Positions 35,244 to 44,766 of a DNA stretch of 64,000 nt are shown here, piece after piece (the first letter of the stretch is position 1; every line of letters begins with the position of its first letter). Source of the DNA: Clostridia bacterium (GTDB lineage Bacteria; Bacillota; Clostridia; Lachnospirales; Anaerotignaceae). The notes below the pieces were generated by a model, which was not told where the DNA came from, made no database searches, and saw only the letters and a program-made list of their open reading frames with translations. The stretch lies in assembly GCA_009929735.1 (NCBI GenBank), contig RZZU01000012.1, positions 6,894-70,893 of the forward strand, in the 5' to 3' direction. Both the position numbers and the translations under genes were made by a program.

Positions 35244-38200
35244 TTATCTTTCTTCATAAGACTTTTCAGGGCTTTCAGTTGTGCAATCATCGGCTCGAAT
35301 TTCTTCTTTGAAGTCCTTGAGTGCCTTTAGAACAGATGGCTTTTTCTCCTGTTCGGTGTCGGTATGATCGGCTTCTTCTTCCTCCTTTTCTGCATTGTCA
35401 AGCTCGATATTAAGCTGTGTAAGCCGTGTCTGTTTTTCCTTATATTCCTGCTCTTTGGGAAAAGAGGTATCCACCTCAGACTGTGCTGCTGCCTGCTCAG
35501 CATTTAGGTTTTCTAAACGGTTTTTGAGGTTGTCAATGGTTTTAGGCATATTTTCAAGAGCATTGTTAATACGCACAATATTACCTGTAATGTTGTTCTC
35601 CAGTTCTGCTATATGGGTGATATTGTTTTTCATTGCAATCTTAAATGTGCCATTGTCAATATACAGGGTCATTGAAAATCCTCTAAACTCACCAAGTTTC
35701 ACTCTATCCTCGGGGTTCTGGATAGCCTTACAAGCCTGTAAAACAGCTTCCCCGGCAGCTTTTCTTTCAGTATATAGTTTGCCTTTAACGGTCATAGAAA
35801 AGCTATCTTCAGCTATGGGGTGCGTCTGTACCACCTTGTAATCCTTGGTTAGTCCGTCTATACGTTCCACAGTCTTTTTAATCTCCTGTGGGTAGTATTT
35901 AATGAGCCTATCCTCCATATCGTATTTCTGACTTTGGTGGTTAGAACGCATTAGCTTGAGCTTTGCAACAGCAATATCGAGATCCATCTTTTCCTTAATT
36001 CTTGGATCACCGGTGGCGAGTGCTTTAACCTCAGCATAAGAAAGAGCCGTAGCATCAATATCGTCTGCACTGCGGGCAGGCGATTTACTGGTGAATATCT
36101 GACCGATAAATTTCTGTTTATTTTCGATCAGGCTCCAATTGTACGCATCGAAGGTGTTCTCGGTAACATACTTGAAGATTTTAACCTCTTTATTCTCATT
36201 ACCTTGCCTTATAATTCTTCCCTCACGCTGCTCCAAATCCGCCGGACGCCACGGGCAGTCTGTGTGATGAAGTGCCACTAATTTCCGCTGTACATTGGTG
36301 CCCGCACCCATTTTTTGTGTTGAACCAATCAGCACACGAACATCACCACTTCGCACCTTTGCGAAAAGCTCAGCCTTTTGTTGCTCGGTGTTGGCATCGT
36401 GAATAAACTTGATTTCTTCCGGTGGGACACCTTTTTCCATCAGCTTGTTTTTAATATCATCATACACATTAAAAGTGCCGTCATAATGGGGAGTGGAGAG
36501 GTCGCAAAAGATTAGCTGTGCTCCTCTGGTATCGGTACTTTGCTCCCAAATGTCGAATACATTGTTTACACAGGTATTGATTTTACTGTTTTCATCATCG
36601 GAGAGCAGATCATTTTGTAGCCTTTGGTCAAGTGCCAGCTTTCTACCATCAGATGTAATACGCAGCATATTATCCACGTTAGGCTCTACCTCTTTTTTAC
36701 GAACGCTATTTGCTCTGTCTGCAAGGTCTTTTACCATTTCTCTTTGAAACTCGGAGGGCTTGGTTACAACGGTTGTGTGATATGCTACGGGGACAGGTAG
36801 GTTTAGCATATCGGCAGTTTGAATATCTGCTGCACCTTTCCAAATGTTAATCAGTTCTGGAAGATTAAAAAATTTTGCAAAGCGTGTCTTAGCACGAAAA
36901 CCCGTGCCCTCCGGAGCAAGTTCAATAGCCGTAACTTTTTCACCAAAGTTGGCTGCCCAGCTATCAAAATGGGTTAAATCAAGCCTTTGGAGGGTTCCAT
37001 ATTGTAAATATCTCATCATTGTGTAGAGTTCCACCATTGAGTTACTCACAGGGGTTCCAGTGGCAAAAACAACACCTTTACCGCCTGTCAACTCGTCCAT
37101 ATAACGGCACTTAGTAAACATATCGGTAGATTTTTGTGCTTCACTTTGTCCGATACCGGCAACATTACGCATTTTTGTTTGAAGGAACAAATTCTTAAAA
37201 AGGTGTCCCTCATCTACATAGAGCTTATCTACCCCCAATTCTTCAAAGGTTACTACGCTGTCCTTGCGTTCTTGCGAGGACAATTTTTCTAGCCTTGTTT
37301 CAAGACTTTTCTTTGTTTTTTCAAGCTGTTTTATGGTATAACGTTCACCATTTTGGCTTTTTGCATCCTGTATTGCAAAGAGAATTTCATCAATTTGGGT
37401 CTTTAGGATTTCCTCCTGCCTTGCTACCGATAGAGGAATTTTCTCGAATTGAGAATGTCCGATAACCACAATATCAAAATCACCTGTGGCAATGCGAGAG
37501 CAGAATTTCTTGCGATTCGCAGGCTCAAAGTCCTTCTTTGTGGCAACAAGGACATTTGCACCAGGATATAAGGTAAGAATATCTCCACCCATCTGTTCGG
37601 TTAGGTGATTGGGCACAACAAATAGAGACTTCTGTTGCAAACCAAGTCTTTTGCCCTCCATGGCACTTGCCACCATTGTAAAACTTTTTCCAGCACCAAC
37701 CACATGGGCAAGTAAGGTATTACCACCGTAAAGAGTACGAGCTACGGCATTACTTTGATGTGCATTTAGCTTAATGATTGGGTTCATACCATCAAATTTA
37801 ATATGCTGACCATCAAACTCACGAGGACGGATAGAGTTGTAAATTTCATTGTATTTCTTTGCTAAAACCTCTCGACGCTGTGGGTCTTTCCATATCCATT
37901 CCTTAAAGGCTTCACCGATGGCTTCCTGCTTTTGCTGTGCTAGGGTGGTTTCTTTACCATTTAGCACTCGTTTCTCCTTGCCGTCATCATCAATGACGGT
38001 ATCAAAAACACGCACATCACGAAGATTTAAGCTATCCTCTATAATCTGATAGGCATTTTTGCGTTTTGTGCCATAGGTAGCAATGGCACGAGGGTTTGCC
38101 CTATCCTCCATTTTCCCCTTAACATTCCACTCGCTTGTATGCTTTGAATACATAACATCAATTCTGCTACTGTGCATATAACGTGGAGTGCCTAAAGCTT

Positions 38201-41200
38201 CAAACATAAATTGCTTATAGTATTCTGGATCTACCCAAGTCGCACCAATACGAACATCAATCTCAGCTGCGGATAAATCTTTTGGCTGTATTTTTGTAAG
38301 CATATCTAAGTTGACTTGATACTGCGGATTATCTGAAACAGATAGCTTTGCAATAGCAAGCTTTTCACGGACATTGCCAGATAGGTATTCATCTGCTGTT
38401 TGCCAGCCAATAAGGTTATTGTCTGCATCACTTAAAGGGTCTTTGAATATAATCCCTTTTAAGTCCTCAATGATAACAGGTATGTTATCCTCCCCACCTA
38501 AAAGCTGTGCCATAAAACCAATATCCACACGGGCTTTTTCAGAAATAGATACTGCCAGCGCTTCCGTAGGAGTATCAACAGAGGTAACCTTAACCGATTG
38601 TTTTATGGTGCGTTTGGTGAACATATCAGCTTTGGCTTTTAGATTGCCATTCTCGTCTAATTGCTCCAAAGAGCAAAGGAGAGGATAAGAAACATCATCT
38701 GCAAAGGCTTGCTTATTAGCTTTGCTGTTAATTAGTCCAAATTTCTTATTAAAATCGTCATAAAGTATGTTTAATGTTAGCTGTGCCTTTTGCAAATCAT
38801 CATCAGAACACTCATTCAACTGCATTTCAATGATTTCTCTGGTTTTATCACGAATGCCAAGTAAGGCATTTACTCGCTTTTGTGCTGTATCAGATAGAGA
38901 AACAGGCCTCATTCTGCTGTTTTCTCTAAAATATAGCTTGTCATCAATAAGAGCATAGCTGAAATTTCGCACATCGGGAGTGGCTTCAATAGTGGCAGCT
39001 TCTTTTTCTCCATCTATAGCGGTAACAGGGTCTTTTAGCAGTGCTTTATCGGGCGGTAGAATGTGGAGTATTGCTTGTTCAAGCTGTTGTGCAAGGGGGA
39101 TTTCATGGTTTGGAACACAGGTGGCTTCCATTCCAAAAGGACCCGATACCATTTTCATTCTGCCCATAATCATTTGAGGGTTTTCCTCAAAGTATTTATT
39201 CACTGCAATACCGTCCTCAGTTTCGCCAAGCTCTACCCAAGAAGGTAAACGCTCCGGTGCGTGGTCACGCTTTTGAAGGAAAATAATATCACTGGTGACT
39301 TCCGTTCCCGCGTTGGCTTTAAAGGCTGTGTTAGGCAATCTGATAGCACCCAGCAGGTCGGCTCTCCCAGCAAGGTGTTTTCTCACTTCACTGCTTGCTT
39401 TATCAAGAGTGCCTTTAGAAGTAATAAAGGCTACCACACCGCCACTTCTAACCTTATCAAGGGATTTTCCAAAAAAGTAATCATGTATCAAGAAACCCAG
39501 CTTATCATATTTTTTGTCATTGAGCTTGTAGTTACCAAAAGGCACATTACCCACCGCCATATCAAAGAAGTCGTTGGAAAAATCGGTTTTCTCAAAGCCT
39601 TTAATTTGAATATTTGCCGTCTGATAAAGCTGTATTGCTATTCTTCCAGTTAGACTATCCAATTCCACACCGTAGAGTTTTGAGGTTTGCATACTCTGTG
39701 GCAGCATCCCGAAAAAGTTACCACTGCCCATTGCAGGCTCTAAAATGTTGCCATTTGGAATATCCATAATTTCCAGCGCCTTATACATCGCTCGAATAAC
39801 AGTGGGTGAAGTATAGTGGGCATTTAGGGTACTGGCTCTTGCCATTTCGTATTCATCGGGTGTCAGTATGGCTTTTAGCGCAGCATACTCACTTCGCCAA
39901 TTATCCTTGTTCTCATCAAACGTATCGGTAAGACCGCCCCAACCGACATACTGTGATAAGATTTCCTGCTCTTCAGCATTAGCTCGTCTATTTTCCGTTT
40001 CAAGTTGTTTTAGGATTTGAATAGCAAGAATGTTGTGGGCATATTTTTCTTTGGCTGTGCCGACACCCAAATCATCATTGGTAATTGCGTAATTGATTTT
40101 AGGTGAAGTATCCGTAATTTCATTTTCTACTTGTTTAGTGGGAGGGGTAAAAGGTGTATCCTCTAAACTGCCACCGTCAAAATCAAAATTGATTATTCTT
40201 TGCGGCTCCGGCTGCTTTTCATCAGTAACAATAGAGATATTTTGCTCTTGCAGCTGTGATTGCTTTTGCTCCACAAAATAGCGGATATAGTCCACAGTTT
40301 CACTGCGAAAGATAGGAAAGCCAGTGCCATTTTGGAAGGTTGTATCACGCAAGGAAACCTTGTCGAAGTCATAATTTACGCTGTCAATGACAAAATCTCT
40401 ACCACCGATTGTAAGCTCCATACCAATAGGAATATAATCCTTTGCATAATGCTCAGTAATGGTGTGGTACTCGCCGTTTTCTTGTCCAATGAAACAGAAG
40501 TTAATTCCTCTATCTTTAAGGTTTTTTGTTGCCACTTGCCAATCCGCCACATAACCGCCAGTTACTTTGGTATTACCGATAAGGGGTATGTCTCGCTCAA
40601 TTACCTTGCGACCAAGAATAGGTGCAGCTATCTCGGCATCATCACCATAAAACAAAAGCAGACTACCCGATTGTATACCTACAATCTGATGTGGGTGGTC
40701 TGCTTTTTGGTTTAAATATTCGGTTATTGTTTTTTCGTCGCTAAGGAGCTGTTCCATTCGCTCACGGGAGAGTTTTTCGCCAATTTCTTCTACAATGGCT
40801 GTTTCGACTCCCTCATGAAAATCAGCAAAATTTTCATCAAAAGCTGTAACTGCTTGTAGTTCCTCACCTGCTTGTGTTTCTGTTTGCTCTAAAAGGTAGT
40901 TGTAGTCAATCTCCTTTGCATTGCCCCTGTCAGTAAGTGCGGAAATACCCTCTACCAAATCATCTTCACAAATCAGGTTAATGGCTTGCTCCATAGAAAT
41001 AGATGGATCATCATAAACGCCACCATCAATAAGGTGGAGGTTTTCATCAAAGATAGAATAATCGTAGCCTTCGTCAACCTCTCGGATGGAGAAGTAACGG
41101 TTGCCTACTTGATATGCAAGTTTAGCAGGCTCGGTCATTCTGCTTTCTTTCTTGATAATTTCTTCTACCTTGGCAACTATATTTTCATTTGTGGGATCCT

Positions 41201-44102
41201 CAAGGCTTTCTGTAGCAAAGTCGATAAGTTCTTCGGATACCATAAGCCCCCTATCTTCTAAGATGGAGGATACGGAACCGCCTACCAAATCGAGAGTGAG
41301 CTGTCCACTGTCTGTTTCTTTGTGGGTGGATTTTCGCTTGCGTTCCAGTTTTTTGGCGATATTGGTAATATCGTCGATACTGTCCTCGTCCAGTTCCTCA
41401 TGGTCTTTTTCCACCCGCTTTATGGCGTATTCTTGGCTTTTGAAAATAGAGTAATCACCGGTTTGAAAATCCTTTAAATTCGCAAAAGCCTTCTGCATAT
41501 AGTCAAACCCACGCGCATCAGAGAGGGTATGTCCTAACACATATTCCATCTGTCCAATAAGATTACCTACAAACTCGCTATCCTCAAGTTGTTCCGCAAC
41601 CTCTTTTACAACCTTATCCATATAGCTGTAATCACTGCTTGGAGCAGTAAAAGGCTTTTCTATATCCGGTGGAGCATAACTGTAAAAGTAAACAATGCCT
41701 CTTGCAATTTTTTCTTTCTCATAAGTGGGAATGTAGGCAAGCTCCGCACTGCTAAGATAGCGATTTTCAGCAATCAAACGTTCAATTCGCTTTGTTACTT
41801 GTCCCCAGTTTTCCATAACGGTTGCGTAGGGCTTAAAGTCAATTTCCCTTGCGTATATAGTACCCTTTGCGGAATGGTTCAAGCTAATACCCCAGTGTGC
41901 ACTGCCACTCCAGCCATAATAATTTTTTAGAAAGTCGGATTTCTCTTTCTCTGTATGCCCTTGTTTGAAAAAGGCATAGGTATCAATGTGAGAAGTATTA
42001 AAATGCCTTGTGCGGTTATCAGTTGCATAGATAGCATTTAGTTCATCTTGGGTAATAAAAGACGGGGTAATTGGAGCAAATTCCTCTTTGGATGGGAACA
42101 TAACAGGCTCATTTTGCAAATCCTTTGCCATACCAATAATCTCTGTTGGTGTATGAAAGGTCATTCGCATAGTTGCATCTTTATCTGCAATAAAATCTTG
42201 CTCCATTTGCTTTAATCCAAGCATTAAAGTAGACAACTTTTCTTTATCCGTCAAATGAGTATAAATTTCCTCTGTGCAATCAGGATATACAAACCTCGTT
42301 ACAATAGGATCAAGTTTTTCATTGGTGTAATCCTCGGCTTTATCCCGATACATAAAGGAAAAATATTCAGCCACATATTTTTGATAAACTTCTTTTGACT
42401 GTTCCAGTTTATCGGCAGTGAGATATTCGCCCTTTTCCAGTAGATTTCTAATCCTTTCGGCAGTCTGCACCCAAGAAAGATTTATTTTGTTCTGTGCGTG
42501 ATAGGTCTGATTTCCCCTTGCAATGGTAATGCCGTCTTCATCATACCAAAAAGAGTATTTTACTCCATCAATCTCAAAGCCCTTGCCACCTCTACCATAA
42601 TGATTTTTTAGATAATCTGCATTTTCAAAAAGGTCAGTATTAAATGCCATATATCCAGCGATAAGGGAAGTGCTGTTTTTTTCTTCGCCACCCGTTGCTA
42701 AAATCTTATCCACCACTTCAAAGGAGATAGATTCAGCATCAAATATGCTGTTTTGGGCAAAAGAAAAAGCAGCAAGCGTGACGCTTGACCCATTTAGGAC
42801 TTCGTCGCTTACTGCTTTACTTTCTGCAATAGACTCAATTTGTTCATGGATAGTAGGAAATATAGATACTTGATTGCCACTTACCTTGCGTAAATCAAGT
42901 CCTTCATCACCACTTCCTCGGCTTGTAGCTTGATGTTTGTTGCCATCTGCACCCATAGAAGTTGATCTTTGGCTTTCAGCGCCTCGGTTACTCCCTGTGC
43001 TTTCATCATTTCTTCTGTCATCTGATCTACTTGGCTGTGAGCTGTCCTGTCCACCTCCACCAAGTGTGGCCACAGACTCCCATCTTGCAGCATTCGGCCG
43101 TAGGTTCCCCTGCGGTTCTCCTTGAGATGCGTTTCTCTCATCATTCCATACTTGCCCACTGTGTCGGGTAGATTGTCCAAATCCTCCATCTGTAAATCCG
43201 GTATCAGATAGTCCCCGTTCTGAATATAATTCACCTTTTCTACCACTGTCATTTTCCTCCTTTGTATTTTTACTTTCACGCTTTAGAGTGCTAAATTCTA
43301 TATTGTCAGTATAATCTACTTTCCGCTTATTATCAATAGATTTTGCAAGTAAATTTCGCTCACTTTCTCTTATCACTGCACCGATGGTGAGGAGCATTTC
43401 ATTTGATACCAAGTTAATGGCATTGCCCAAATGAGAGAAGACGGCAGGGCTATTGAAGTCGGTAATTCCTCTAAAATCGTCCTCATCAAGATATTCTCTT
43501 GCATCAATGCCACACCGTGTAAGCACCATATACTGAACGCTTGTAGTAACAGCATTTCTAAAGGCAACATCCATATTCAGTTCATCAATTCCCTCTAAAA
43601 AGCTATCCTCAAGATCGTAGTTTAAATCGTGCAAAAACTCTCGGTAATGCTCACCCACGGCTCGCTCAGTAAGCTCCATAAGGCTACTTGCAAAATCATC
43701 TTTTTTAATCTCGCCATAAAACCCTGTGAGCTGCTTTAGCACATCCTCGTGATAGTTTGGTAGCATTTCCCACAGATACGGCGTTTTTGCTCCTCGTACC
43801 TCGTTGGTATCGGAAACCTCGAAAACATATTCAATACGAGGTTTTCCACCTTGATTTTGACGGATAAGGGCAATGCCTTTGCTACCTCGTTTCACCCAGC
43901 GGTTCATCTTCTTGTTCCAAATTTCGATATTGGCACAAGCGGTGGCATCGGGACGTTGTGCGTAAATCATAATCTGGTCATCAAAACTGTACTTATAGAG
44001 TTTGCTTGCGGTAGTAAGATAGTCCTGCCAGTTACTGATATTTTTCAAGACATCTTCTTTGGTATCGGTAAATAGCTTTGAAACTTCGTTTATTCTGCTC
44101 AT
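35244..44102 (-). CDS. Giant polyvalent conjugative-element protein: ArdC-like N-terminal domain, disordered linker, uncharacterised middle domains, N6-adenine DNA methyltransferase module, SNF2-type helicase module
   Basis: One continuous ORF. The likely start is ATG 44102 with AAGGAGG upstream; the listed GTG 44147 lies inside a terminator hairpin. ArdC-like YSFDDQIMIYAQRPDATACANIEIWNKKMNRWVKRGSKGIALI. MTase motifs LEPAMGSGNFFG (about 39.72 kb) and GNVPFG (about 39.55 kb). Helicase Walker A VGAGKSFT (about 37.69 kb), DEGH box LYVDEGHLFKN (about 37.21 kb) and motif VI QREGRIIRQGN. Confidence 0.85.
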   Translation of the reverse strand: MSRINEVSKLFTDTKEDVLKNISNWQDYLTTASKLYKYSFDDQIMIYAQRPDATACANIEIWNKKMNRWVKRGSKGIALIRQNQGGKPRIEYVFEVSDTNEVRGAKTPYLWEMLPNYHEDVLKQLTGFYGEIKKDDFASSLMELTERAVGEHYREFLHDLNYDLEDSFLEGIDELNMDVAFRNAVTTSVQYMVLTRCGIDAREYLDEDDFRGITDFNSPAVFSHLGNAINLVSNEMLLTIGAVIRESERNLLAKSIDNKRKVDYTDNIEFSTLKRESKNTKEENDSGRKGELYSERGLSDTGFTDGGFGQSTRHSGQVWNDERNASQGEPQGNLRPNAARWESVATLGGGGQDSSQPSRSDDRRNDESTGSNRGAESQRSTSMGADGNKHQATSRGSGDEGLDLRKVSGNQVSIFPTIHEQIESIAESKAVSDEVLNGSSVTLAAFSFAQNSIFDAESISFEVVDKILATGGEEKNSTSLIAGYMAFNTDLFENADYLKNHYGRGGKGFEIDGVKYSFWYDEDGITIARGNQTYHAQNKINLSWVQTAERIRNLLEKGEYLTADKLEQSKEVYQKYVAEYFSFMYRDKAEDYTNEKLDPIVTRFVYPDCTEEIYTHLTDKEKLSTLMLGLKQMEQDFIADKDATMRMTFHTPTEIIGMAKDLQNEPVMFPSKEEFAPITPSFITQDELNAIYATDNRTRHFNTSHIDTYAFFKQGHTEKEKSDFLKNYYGWSGSAHWGISLNHSAKGTIYAREIDFKPYATVMENWGQVTKRIERLIAENRYLSSAELAYIPTYEKEKIARGIVYFYSYAPPDIEKPFTAPSSDYSYMDKVVKEVAEQLEDSEFVGNLIGQMEYVLGHTLSDARGFDYMQKAFANLKDFQTGDYSIFKSQEYAIKRVEKDHEELDEDSIDDITNIAKKLERKRKSTHKETDSGQLTLDLVGGSVSSILEDRGLMVSEELIDFATESLEDPTNENIVAKVEEIIKKESRMTEPAKLAYQVGNRYFSIREVDEGYDYSIFDENLHLIDGGVYDDPSISMEQAINLICEDDLVEGISALTDRGNAKEIDYNYLLEQTETQAGEELQAVTAFDENFADFHEGVETAIVEEIGEKLSRERMEQLLSDEKTITEYLNQKADHPHQIVGIQSGSLLLFYGDDAEIAAPILGRKVIERDIPLIGNTKVTGGYVADWQVATKNLKDRGINFCFIGQENGEYHTITEHYAKDYIPIGMELTIGGRDFVIDSVNYDFDKVSLRDTTFQNGTGFPIFRSETVDYIRYFVEQKQSQLQEQNISIVTDEKQPEPQRIINFDFDGGSLEDTPFTPPTKQVENEITDTSPKINYAITNDDLGVGTAKEKYAHNILAIQILKQLETENRRANAEEQEILSQYVGWGGLTDTFDENKDNWRSEYAALKAILTPDEYEMARASTLNAHYTSPTVIRAMYKALEIMDIPNGNILEPAMGSGNFFGMLPQSMQTSKLYGVELDSLTGRIAIQLYQTANIQIKGFEKTDFSNDFFDMAVGNVPFGNYKLNDKKYDKLGFLIHDYFFGKSLDKVRSGGVVAFITSKGTLDKASSEVRKHLAGRADLLGAIRLPNTAFKANAGTEVTSDIIFLQKRDHAPERLPSWVELGETEDGIAVNKYFEENPQMIMGRMKMVSGPFGMEATCVPNHEIPLAQQLEQAILHILPPDKALLKDPVTAIDGEKEAATIEATPDVRNFSYALIDDKLYFRENSRMRPVSLSDTAQKRVNALLGIRDKTREIIEMQLNECSDDDLQKAQLTLNILYDDFNKKFGLINSKANKQAFADDVSYPLLCSLEQLDENGNLKAKADMFTKRTIKQSVKVTSVDTPTEALAVSISEKARVDIGFMAQLLGGEDNIPVIIEDLKGIIFKDPLSDADNNLIGWQTADEYLSGNVREKLAIAKLSVSDNPQYQVNLDMLTKIQPKDLSAAEIDVRIGATWVDPEYYKQFMFEALGTPRYMHSSRIDVMYSKHTSEWNVKGKMEDRANPRAIATYGTKRKNAYQIIEDSLNLRDVRVFDTVIDDDGKEKRVLNGKETTLAQQKQEAIGEAFKEWIWKDPQRREVLAKKYNEIYNSIRPREFDGQHIKFDGMNPIIKLNAHQSNAVARTLYGGNTLLAHVVGAGKSFTMVASAMEGKRLGLQQKSLFVVPNHLTEQMGGDILTLYPGANVLVATKKDFEPANRKKFCSRIATGDFDIVVIGHSQFEKIPLSVARQEEILKTQIDEILFAIQDAKSQNGERYTIKQLEKTKKSLETRLEKLSSQERKDSVVTFEELGVDKLYVDEGHLFKNLFLQTKMRNVAGIGQSEAQKSTDMFTKCRYMDELTGGKGVVFATGTPVSNSMVELYTMMRYLQYGTLQRLDLTHFDSWAANFGEKVTAIELAPEGTGFRAKTRFAKFFNLPELINIWKGAADIQTADMLNLPVPVAYHTTVVTKPSEFQREMVKDLADRANSVRKKEVEPNVDNMLRITSDGRKLALDQRLQNDLLSDDENSKINTCVNNVFDIWEQSTDTRGAQLIFCDLSTPHYDGTFNVYDDIKNKLMEKGVPPEEIKFIHDANTEQQKAELFAKVRSGDVRVLIGSTQKMGAGTNVQRKLVALHHTDCPWRPADLEQREGRIIRQGNENKEVKIFKYVTENTFDAYNWSLIENKQKFIGQIFTSKSPARSADDIDATALSYAEVKALATGDPRIKEKMDLDIAVAKLKLMRSNHQSQKYDMEDRLIKYYPQEIKKTVERIDGLTKDYKVVQTHPIAEDSFSMTVKGKLYTERKAAGEAVLQACKAIQNPEDRVKLGEFRGFSMTLYIDNGTFKIAMKNNITHIAELENNITGNIVRINNALENMPKTIDNLKNRLENLNAEQAAAQSEVDTSFPKEQEYKEKQTRLTQLNIELDNAEKEEEEADHTDTEQEKKPSVLKALKDFKEEIRADDCTTESPEKSYEER
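42881..43252 (-). CDS. tnpV: TnpV-like ORF (123 aa) fully embedded, out of frame, in the linker region of the polyvalent gene
   Basis: AAGGAGG (43262-43256), ATG 43252, TAA 42883-42881. The product MTVVEKVNYIQNGDYLIPDL...GKYGMMRETHLKENRRGTYGRML...AQGVTEALKAKDQLLWVQMATNIKLQAEEVVMKDLIYAR has globular composition and resembles the clostridial TnpV family from memory. Expression is unproven. Confidence 0.5.
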   Translation of the reverse strand: MTVVEKVNYIQNGDYLIPDLQMEDLDNLPDTVGKYGMMRETHLKENRRGTYGRMLQDGSLWPHLVEVDRTAHSQVDQMTEEMMKAQGVTEALKAKDQLLWVQMATNIKLQAEEVVMKDLIYAR

Positions 44103-44136
44103 TCGCTCCTCCTTAAATTTGATTTTGGACATAAAA

Positions 44137-44174
44137 AATCCCGACACAAAGAGGTTTGCCCTTGTATCGGGATT
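44137..44174 (-). terminator. Hairpin terminator, copy 1 of a duplicated hairpin
   Basis: AATCCCGACACAAAG (44137-44151) / CTTGTATCGGGATT (44161-44174), with T-runs on both sides. Follows the 71-aa gene and precedes the polyvalent gene. Confidence 0.6.
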
Positions 44175-44186
44175 TATTTTTTGTTA

Positions 44187-44402
44187 TTAAATTGCTTTTA
44201 TCTTGTTGACAGCATATTTTATAAATTCTTCGGGTGTGGGGACTTCTCCCCTGCGGGGAACTTGCTCCTGATAGGCTTTTATAATACCATCGTCATTCGA
44301 CGTAAAAGCGTATTCAAGTGCTGCCTGCATTTCGGTTTTGACTTCTTTCATGCTTACACCATTTTGCTTTGCTATTTTTCTATAAATACTTCGATTGCTC
44401 AA
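44187..44402 (-). CDS. Small conserved-looking helical protein (71 aa), function unknown
   Basis: TTG start at 44402 preceded by AAGGGGGA (6-nt spacer). Product MSNRSIYRKIAKQNGVSMKEVKTEMQAALEYAF... looks like a small DNA-binding helical protein. Family not assigned. Confidence 0.55.
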   Translation of the reverse strand: MSNRSIYRKIAKQNGVSMKEVKTEMQAALEYAFTSNDDGIIKAYQEQVPRRGEVPTPEEFIKYAVNKIKAI

Positions 44403-44513
44403 ACTTAATCCCCCTTATATTTTAACAAATATATCGTATATCTATATAACCCATTATATCATGGTTTAGATGTAAAATAAATACACAATATATCTAAAAG
44501 AGGTGTTTGAATT

Positions 44514-44717
44514 ATGTCTATAAAAAGTGTATCCATACGTATCGAAGAAGAAATGCTTGAAAAAATAGCTTTTGTTGCTGACTATGAGGGACGTTCTGTT
44601 AATAGTCACATTCTCGTATTAATTCGCAACAATATCAAAGAATACGAAAATGAGCATGGCAAAATAATCGGGGATATAAACCCCGAAGTGAACGTAAAAC
44701 CAGCAAGAAAAAAATAA
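44514..44717 (+). CDS. Ribbon-helix-helix (Arc/CopG-like) protein
   Basis: Only plus-strand gene in the ICE part. SIKSVSIRIEEEMLEKIAFVADYEGRSVNSHILVLIRNNI is a typical RHH beta-strand plus two helices. AAGAGGTG SD. Confidence 0.65.
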   Translation: MSIKSVSIRIEEEMLEKIAFVADYEGRSVNSHILVLIRNNIKEYENEHGKIIGDINPEVNVKPARKK

Positions 44718-44720
44718 ATA

Positions 44721-44758
44721 AATCCCGATACAAAGAAATTCGTCCTTGTATCGGGATT
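44721..44758. terminator. Hairpin terminator, copy 2 of the duplicated hairpin
   Basis: AATCCCGATACAAAG (44721-44735) / CTTGTATCGGGATT (44745-44758). Arms are nearly identical to copy 1. Lies between the convergent RHH and higA-like genes. Confidence 0.6.
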
Positions 44759-44766
44759 GCTTTTCA

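Noticed and set aside
35395-35841. Antisense (plus-strand) ORFs of 60-205 aa inside large minus-strand genes (for example 35395-35841, 46959-47576, 19621-20139, 27812-28177, 62584-62973)
   Set aside because: These are shadow ORFs with Ser/Leu/Phe-rich low-complexity translations, no SD or start context and no family resemblance. The minus-strand genes they overlap have clear homology.
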